Notes under the pieces: model-generated
Database searches by the model: none
Told to the model about the DNA's origin: nothing
The model's input: the letters and a program-made list of their open reading frames with translations, nothing else
Virus record (IMG/VR): IMGVR_UViG_2713896897_000016
Coordinates: 1-29,363 of that record
Strand: one strand, 5' to 3'
Length of the DNA: 29,363 bases
DNA from: a virus
Lineage: Duplodnaviria; Heunggongvirae; Uroviricota; Caudoviricetes
Shown here: positions 24,313-29,363 of the stretch, one piece after another
Numbering within the stretch: the first letter of the stretch is position 1
Layout: every line of letters starts with the position of its first letter
Position numbers and translations under genes: made by a program

Positions 24313-26205
24313 ATGTCAGAATTAAAAGTCTATATCGGTGCATATATCCCCGACGAAAAATCAATTGAAGAAAACGGCGCTCGCAAAGTTGCCTACGCAT
24401 TTGAAGCGCGTGGTGAAAAACACGCGCGAGCAAAACTTTCATTTGCATTCATTGAGGAATATCCGGGAGCGCAGGACGCAGCATTTAAAAGTTTTCTTTG
24501 CGAGGACGCACCAGGAATGCCCCGCCCCGCTCTTAATGTATGGGATGAGGATTTTCTTTATGAAAATGACTGGTCCGAGGAATTAGGACACCCGGTTTCA
24601 CGTATTGAAGAACCGAAGTCAGTGGATTTTAATAAACTCTCCAGCGAGCAAAAAATCGCCGTATTAGTCAAATACTCCACCGCCGATATAACAACCGATA
24701 TGCTGCCGGACGCGCTGGAATTAACACAGGATGAGGCAGGAACATTCCCCGGTCATATTGTCGAGGCAATTAGTAAAACTCCGGCAATTACTGCTATGTA
24801 CCCCGAGCGTATTATTGAGGCCATTCAGTACGTTGTCAAAAAATGCGCAACTACCAGCAAGTGGCCCGACATCAAAGCGCAGCTCGCGAGCTGGCAGAGC
24901 GGTTTAAATCCTGAGCGCACGGAACCGGAATCAACTGAAAAATTACGCACCCCGTCAGGCGCTACCGCTGGCGGTGGTAACGCCACGGATCGCAATCCTG
25001 ATGTTGAGCATGATTTTAACTCTCTCGCGCTCGAAATCGCGCTGGGTATTCATGCACGGGCGATGGATTTTGATATTTACAATCTCCGCTCCGCGCACAT
25101 TAACCGCGCTCGGGAAATTATTAAGTATAAAGAAAAGCCGTTCCCCGCCCTGTTTGACGCGTTCCGTAATACTCCGGGTGTACTCGATTATTCCCGAGCC
25201 ATGATCATCTACGCGGTCAAAACGGCACCGGAAAATATTGAGAGCACGCCGGGTAAATTATCACACTATCTGAACACCACGCTTACGGAGTCAGACCACG
25301 AACACCCGGATCCGCAAATGATCGCTATTGCGTGTGGTACGCACACCGAAGAATCAAGCCAGGGCGAGCCAGCGCCGCAGGAAGACACACCAGAACCAGA
25401 GCGTCAGGGGCCGTTCTACTACCGCACCCCTCAGGGCGAGGTTGGGCGCGCGAATAAGCTGGCAAAACTGACAGCGGTTATTGAGCAGGGTTGCGAGGAG
25501 ATTACACGCGAGCAGTACACGGAACTCAAAAATGCGCCGTCATATGATGACGTTAGTAAACAGCTCGCAGCACAACGCGGTGAATACGTAGAGGGAATCA
25601 GCGACCCGAATGATCCGAAATGGGTTAAGACCGAAGTTCAACCAGAGGTAAAAAACCACGGTAACGGCGTGTTTTCAATTGAGGGGTTAATGGGCGAGCA
25701 GGAAAAACCAGCGGCCCCGGTCGCCTCAGATGAGGGAGTAAAAGCGAAAGAAGCCCATGTTGTAGCCACCCCGGCCCCGGTTGATTTTCAGGGCGTTGCT
25801 GCAAGTCTCGAAAAAGACATGGCAAACAAAAACGACGAGGCCAGGGGCAATCTCGCTATCTGGCGTAGCGTAATGCGGACCGATCCCCGATTCACAAAAC
25901 AGATGGTGGGAATGGGATTTGAGGGAACCAGCATCAACCCCGAATATATGATTATGCGCGCTACGGAGATATTTGGGCCTATCGGTAGTCGTTGGGGTTT
26001 TGAAATATTAGAGGACCGAATGATTCCGGGCGCTCCTTTTTCTGAGGCTGTTTATGAGGATAAAAAATTCATTTGCAACCGCATGTTGCGTGACGGTGAC
26101 GGCACCTTGCTGCATGAACAAAACCACAGCATTAAAATCCGCCTGTGGTATCAGGTCGGTGCTGATGAGGGATCGGTATATGTTCAAAACGAAACACGGA
26201 ATTAA
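24313..26205 (+). CDS. Large early protein: about 500 aa of unknown N-terminal region followed by the first half of a Rad52/Sak-type single-strand annealing core (frame breaks near 26165-26182)
   Basis: The C-terminal part ..SINPEYMIMRATEIFGPIGSRWGFEI...HSIKIRLWYQVGADEGS matches the Rad52-family beta-sheet region. The ORF ends abruptly in ..VYVQNETRN. Confidence 0.65.
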   Translation: MSELKVYIGAYIPDEKSIEENGARKVAYAFEARGEKHARAKLSFAFIEEYPGAQDAAFKSFLCEDAPGMPRPALNVWDEDFLYENDWSEELGHPVSRIEEPKSVDFNKLSSEQKIAVLVKYSTADITTDMLPDALELTQDEAGTFPGHIVEAISKTPAITAMYPERIIEAIQYVVKKCATTSKWPDIKAQLASWQSGLNPERTEPESTEKLRTPSGATAGGGNATDRNPDVEHDFNSLALEIALGIHARAMDFDIYNLRSAHINRAREIIKYKEKPFPALFDAFRNTPGVLDYSRAMIIYAVKTAPENIESTPGKLSHYLNTTLTESDHEHPDPQMIAIACGTHTEESSQGEPAPQEDTPEPERQGPFYYRTPQGEVGRANKLAKLTAVIEQGCEEITREQYTELKNAPSYDDVSKQLAAQRGEYVEGISDPNDPKWVKTEVQPEVKNHGNGVFSIEGLMGEQEKPAAPVASDEGVKAKEAHVVATPAPVDFQGVAASLEKDMANKNDEARGNLAIWRSVMRTDPRFTKQMVGMGFEGTSINPEYMIMRATEIFGPIGSRWGFEILEDRMIPGAPFSEAVYEDKKFICNRMLRDGDGTLLHEQNHSIKIRLWYQVGADEGSVYVQNETRN

Positions 26206-26629
26206 ATGTGATGGCGAGGCGCAAAAGAAATCATTAACCGATGCGCTTAAAAAGGCCTTATCCCTGCTTGGATTCTCTGCTGATGTGTGGCTCGGACTCT
26301 ATGATCTGCCAGAATACCTAGCGGAAAACAACACCGAATTTGCAATTAAAAATGCCAGCGAAAAAGCCGAGGATATTACCCGCCTCCGTGCTGAACTCGA
26401 CGAGAAAATGACGAGCGTGGCAAATACAATTGAAACGGCAGTTACCCCCAACGAAGCAAAAAAAGTTTTTGATACGCTGGCGCGAGAAATAGAAATACAC
26501 CGGAAAGCAGCCGAATCCAAAGGTGATGCCGAACACGCTAAATATCTCGCAAGTCGTTTGCGCCGCCTGAATACAATAAAAGACGCGCGCATTAAATCAC
26601 TAAATGAGCAGCAGGAGCAAACAGCATGA
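26180..26629 (+). CDS. Second half of the Rad52/Sak-type annealing protein (probably continuous with 24313-26205 before a 1-nt insertion)
   Basis: MFKTKHGIKCDGEAQKKSLTDALKKALSLLGFSADVWLGLYD carries the Rad52-family D.EA.K.A.TDALK(R/K)AL..(F/L)G signature helix. It is in the +1 frame relative to the upstream ORF and overlaps it by 26 nt. Confidence 0.6.
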   Translation: MFKTKHGIKCDGEAQKKSLTDALKKALSLLGFSADVWLGLYDLPEYLAENNTEFAIKNASEKAEDITRLRAELDEKMTSVANTIETAVTPNEAKKVFDTLAREIEIHRKAAESKGDAEHAKYLASRLRRLNTIKDARIKSLNEQQEQTA

Positions 26630-27123
26630 GTAGCACAGCAATAAATGTCGCGGGAAATATTGGCAAATTACAATCGCTGGTTGAATCAGGTGAATTTACC
26701 GTTGACGATATTGCGGACACTATTGAAGGTGAAGAACTGGCGTTAAGTGATAAATTTGACGGAATCATGACGCTGGTCCGCAATCTTGAAGGCCAGGCCA
26801 ATACAGTTGGCGAAGAAGCGAAGCGACTGGCTGACCGCAAAAAATCATTCGAAGGACAGGCGAAAAGCCTTAAAGAATACGCATTAAAATGTTTGCAAGC
26901 CGCAAACATGAAATCATTTAAAACCGAACGTAATACATTTACCGTCCGCAAAGGTTCCCTGTCGGTTGTAATTGATAATGTTGATCAACTACCTGACGAC
27001 CTGGTTGATATAGCCACTGTTATCGCGCCAGATAAGAAGAAAATAAAAGAGGCTATAGAGGCGGGGTTGGAAATTAAAGGTGCGCATCTGGAAACAGGCG
27101 CGGAATCATTACAGGTCAGATAA
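26626..27123 (+). CDS. Siphovirus Gp157-family protein
   Basis: Coiled-coil N-terminus and ..FKTERNTFTVRKGSLSVVIDNVDQLPDDLV.. resemble Gp157 proteins. These typically accompany Sak/Erf/RecT recombinases. ATGA coupling. Confidence 0.65.
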   Translation: MSSTAINVAGNIGKLQSLVESGEFTVDDIADTIEGEELALSDKFDGIMTLVRNLEGQANTVGEEAKRLADRKKSFEGQAKSLKEYALKCLQAANMKSFKTERNTFTVRKGSLSVVIDNVDQLPDDLVDIATVIAPDKKKIKEAIEAGLEIKGAHLETGAESLQVR

Positions 27124-27154
27124 CGGAGATTGGCCCTGCGGGGCCAGATATAAT

Positions 27155-27568
27155 ATGGCGCTATCACGCAGAGCAAGAATTACAAATTTCATTCATCTTA
27201 ATCCAGGAGCTTCATCGTCATTTATTTCTAAATCACTGAATATAGCAAACAGGGAATGTATCGCCTCATTAAGTCATTTAACAAACGAAGGTAAATTAAT
27301 TAAAGAAGTGTGTGGATTAAAAAAAACATACCACACGCCAGCTAATTATATTCCCATTATTGAGAATAATGATTTAGAAAAAGCACCACCATTATATAGC
27401 GTATCTGAAATCAGGCGCGTCGAAGAACAAGTGGCGCAGCTCGAAAAGCGTGGACTGTGGCGACGGGCGCAGACGTTACTGGCAGAACTGAGCGCAATGC
27501 AGAACAGCGCCAGCGGCGTCGGTCTGATCGCCCTGCGCCGCAATCGGTGTGTGCGTAATGCGAGGTAG
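27155..27568 (+). CDS. PerC/ANR-like transcriptional regulator with an N-terminal winged-helix-like region
   Basis: The C-terminal LEKRGLWRRAQTLLAEL....LRRNRCVRNA resembles the PerC/Pch signature (LE..GLyRRAA..W.....RR..C). I chose the ATG at 27155 rather than 27080, which overlaps the previous gene. Confidence 0.45.
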   Translation: MALSRRARITNFIHLNPGASSSFISKSLNIANRECIASLSHLTNEGKLIKEVCGLKKTYHTPANYIPIIENNDLEKAPPLYSVSEIRRVEEQVAQLEKRGLWRRAQTLLAELSAMQNSASGVGLIALRRNRCVRNAR

Positions 27569-27573
27569 AGAGC

Positions 27574-27795
27574 ATGAGTAGAGAACGCGAACGGCAGTAT
27601 TACGGTTTATCCGAGTGTTCATGCGGTGGTAGCCCTGTTTTGCGCGGTAGATACGCTACAGAAAACGGAAAGCGCGTCTGGTATTACCGGGTTTATTGCC
27701 AGCGCACGGCGTGTGGAAAACAAGCCGTGTTGGTTGGCGATATCTGGACCCGGCAAGACGCAATTCAGGCGTGGCAACGCCAGGTTACGAAGTGA
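27574..27795 (+). CDS. Lar-family restriction-alleviation-like protein
   Basis: The 73 aa protein has C.CGG...(W/Y)Y.V.C....CG......W....AIQAWQRQ. This matches the Lar-family pattern (CPFCGG...V.C..CG....eAI.aWNrR) in outline. Confidence 0.5.
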   Translation: MSRERERQYYGLSECSCGGSPVLRGRYATENGKRVWYYRVYCQRTACGKQAVLVGDIWTRQDAIQAWQRQVTK

Positions 27796-27858
27796 ATTTT
27801 AATTATCAGTTTATACAGACGGCCTTCAGTATATTGAGGGCCGGGATGAGGTAGCGAC

Positions 27859-28074
27859 ATGCCGCAGGTTGTTTTTAATGAGGAATGGGTGGTCGAGTCA
27901 AGACTCGCTGAAAGGACCGGCTTGACTGATGGGCAAATAAAAACTTATCGCCTAAAATTATGGATTGAGGGCGTGCACTTCAAACATCTAACGGCCTTTG
28001 GCAAAACCGATAATTCAAAAGGTCTACTCTGGTACAACTATCCTCTTATTAATAAGTTAGTTCAGGATGCATAA
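27859..28074 (+). CDS. xis: Excisionase-like protein
   Basis: Small ORF directly upstream of int and overlapping it (TAATG). The call rests on position and size; no Xis motif was matched. Confidence 0.55.
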   Translation: MPQVVFNEEWVVESRLAERTGLTDGQIKTYRLKLWIEGVHFKHLTAFGKTDNSKGLLWYNYPLINKLVQDA

Positions 28075-29363
28075 TGAAATACCCGACCGGAATTGAATTA
28101 CATAATGGCAAAATAAGAATTTCATTCACCTATCGAGGGGGGCGTTGCCGAGAGGTGTTGCACGGGTGGGCCGTAACCAGTAGTAACATACGCAAAGCCG
28201 GAAATTTGCGAGCGGCTATTGTGAGTGAAATTCAGCTAGGTGGATTTGATTATGCTGAGCGTTTCCCGGAATCTAAAGCCCTGAAAAAATTCTCGTCCAC
28301 GGTAAAAGTTAAAACATTTTCCGAGCTTTGCGATTTATATACATCCTCAAAAAAACATGAAATTTCAGCAGCTACATACGACAATCTTAATTGTGCAATA
28401 TCTGCATTACGTAAAATTGTTGGCGATAATACGCTGCTCAACGATATTGAACATGCCGACATGCTTAATTATCGCCATAAATTATTAACAAGCGACACCA
28501 TCCACTCAAAGCACGCGTGGCTTAATAAAACCGGGCGCGCCGCTTCGACTGTTAATCGATTGATGTGCACCCTGACTGGTATGATGAAACTCGCGTATCG
28601 GAGCGGCTTTATCAAAGGCATGCCCTACGATGGATTGAAATTGTTAAAAAGGTCAAAAAACACACCCGATCCACTTTTGCGCGGTGAGTACGCAGCGGTT
28701 ATTTCCGCACTTTCTGGAACTGTTTTCGCAAATCTATGGACTATTGCTATTCATACCGGATTGAGGCACTGTGAGCTTGCCGCCATGGCATGGGAGGACA
28801 TTGATCTCAATTCTGGTCAAATACATATAAGCCGCGGGCTAACAAATAAAAATTTATTTGTACCCCCCAAAACCGATGCTGGAATAAGAACAATTACGTT
28901 ATTAAAACCTGCGATTGATGCGCTCCGGGAGCAATTTAAAGTTACGGGCGCGCTCGCCAGAAGAGAAATTACTTTTCACCGCAGAGGCGTTGGTCAAACA
29001 GAGCAACAGAATTTACGATTCGTTTTTGTGCCAAGACGAAACGCGAGAAATAGCCCAGGGCATTACGCGAAAGACTCGCTCGCCTACTCGTGGGAAAATG
29101 GACTAAGGAAAGCCGGGGTTCGTTATCGGCCCCCATATCAATCAAGGCACACGTATGCGTGCTGGTCATTATCGGCTGGCGCAAATCCCGCATTCATCGC
29201 TAGTCAGATGGGGCATGAGAATGCCAAGATGGTTTTTGAGGTTTACGGAAAATGGATGACCGATCTTAATCAAAATCAGGTTGAAATTATAAACGCCAGC
29301 TTATCAGGCAATATGCCCCCACGGCGCCCCCTTGAATTATTTACATGCGCGAAAGCTTTATAA
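28074..29363 (+). CDS. int: Tyrosine integrase, Rac IntR-like (DUF3596 arm-binding N-terminus)
   Basis: N-terminus PTGIELHNGKIRISFTYRGGRCREVLHGW (compare IntR PTGVEIRGRYIRIWFMYKGKRCRETLKGW). Catalytic motifs HTGLRHCELAAMAWEDID, SRHTYACW and MGHENAKMVFEVYGKW. The stop TAA is the last codon of the window. Confidence 0.9.
   Translation: MKYPTGIELHNGKIRISFTYRGGRCREVLHGWAVTSSNIRKAGNLRAAIVSEIQLGGFDYAERFPESKALKKFSSTVKVKTFSELCDLYTSSKKHEISAATYDNLNCAISALRKIVGDNTLLNDIEHADMLNYRHKLLTSDTIHSKHAWLNKTGRAASTVNRLMCTLTGMMKLAYRSGFIKGMPYDGLKLLKRSKNTPDPLLRGEYAAVISALSGTVFANLWTIAIHTGLRHCELAAMAWEDIDLNSGQIHISRGLTNKNLFVPPKTDAGIRTITLLKPAIDALREQFKVTGALARREITFHRRGVGQTEQQNLRFVFVPRRNARNSPGHYAKDSLAYSWENGLRKAGVRYRPPYQSRHTYACWSLSAGANPAFIASQMGHENAKMVFEVYGKWMTDLNQNQVEIINASLSGNMPPRRPLELFTCAKAL

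Larger units (their letters stand above)
1..29363. mobile_element. Lambdoid (lambda/Rac-mosaic) prophage segment with structural, packaging, lysis, late-control, nin, replication, immunity, recombination and integration modules
   Basis: Gene order and orientation match the lambda map (int-xis-recombination-cI | cro-O-P-nin-Q-lysis-terminase-head). Genes are tightly coupled with ATGA/TAATG overlaps. The integrase sits at the right edge. Confidence 0.9.

Noticed and set aside
29300-29363. Search for attL/attR core or a tRNA target next to the integrase
   Set aside because: The window ends exactly at the integrase stop codon, so the attachment site and flanking host sequence are not visible.

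Overview
The whole window is one temperate lambdoid prophage arm from an enterobacterial-type genome. That host call is inferred from by-eye similarity to lambda O, P, NinB, NinG and S, and to Rac IntR and YdaT. On the minus strand, reading right to left, it carries: Cro/YdaS-like and YdaT-like regulators, replication O and P, a block of small early genes, and a nin region (NinB, HNH endonuclease, NinG). These are followed by a Q-like late antiterminator, an AT-rich cargo island, holin, endolysin and two lipoproteins. Next come two ParB-N domain proteins (one fused to a SAM methyltransferase), TerS, TerL, portal, minor head protein, DUF2213 scaffold-like protein, cement-like protein, DUF2184 major capsid and a truncated DUF4054 adaptor. 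On the plus strand from 21.9 kb it carries: a short non-S24 CI-like repressor, a two-gene module in the rexAB position, and a putative pL. Downstream of pL lies an early-left operon with a Rad52-type annealing protein, Gp157, a PerC-like regulator and a Lar-like protein. Xis and a Rac-type tyrosine integrase close the operon, and the integrase stop is the last base of the window. I saw no rRNA, tRNA or CRISPR array. The best candidate for something new is a self-contained AT-rich island between the Q-like gene and the holin (12077-13697). It encodes an orphan HslV/proteasome-beta-like threonine peptidase with its own terminator. Other leads:
- a Zn-ribbon plus membrane coiled-coil pair downstream of the repressor
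- a consensus-like LexA box in front of a 66-aa ORF, in a phage whose repressor has no autocleavage domain
- a tandem ParB-N / ParB-N-methyltransferase pair
- a lysis cassette with two lipoproteins but no recognisable Rz/Rz1

Four genes carry lesions: a TerL amber codon and frameshifts in the minor head protein, NinB and the Rad52-like gene. This means either a decaying prophage or base-calling errors. All family assignments are from motif recognition by eye and no searches were run.
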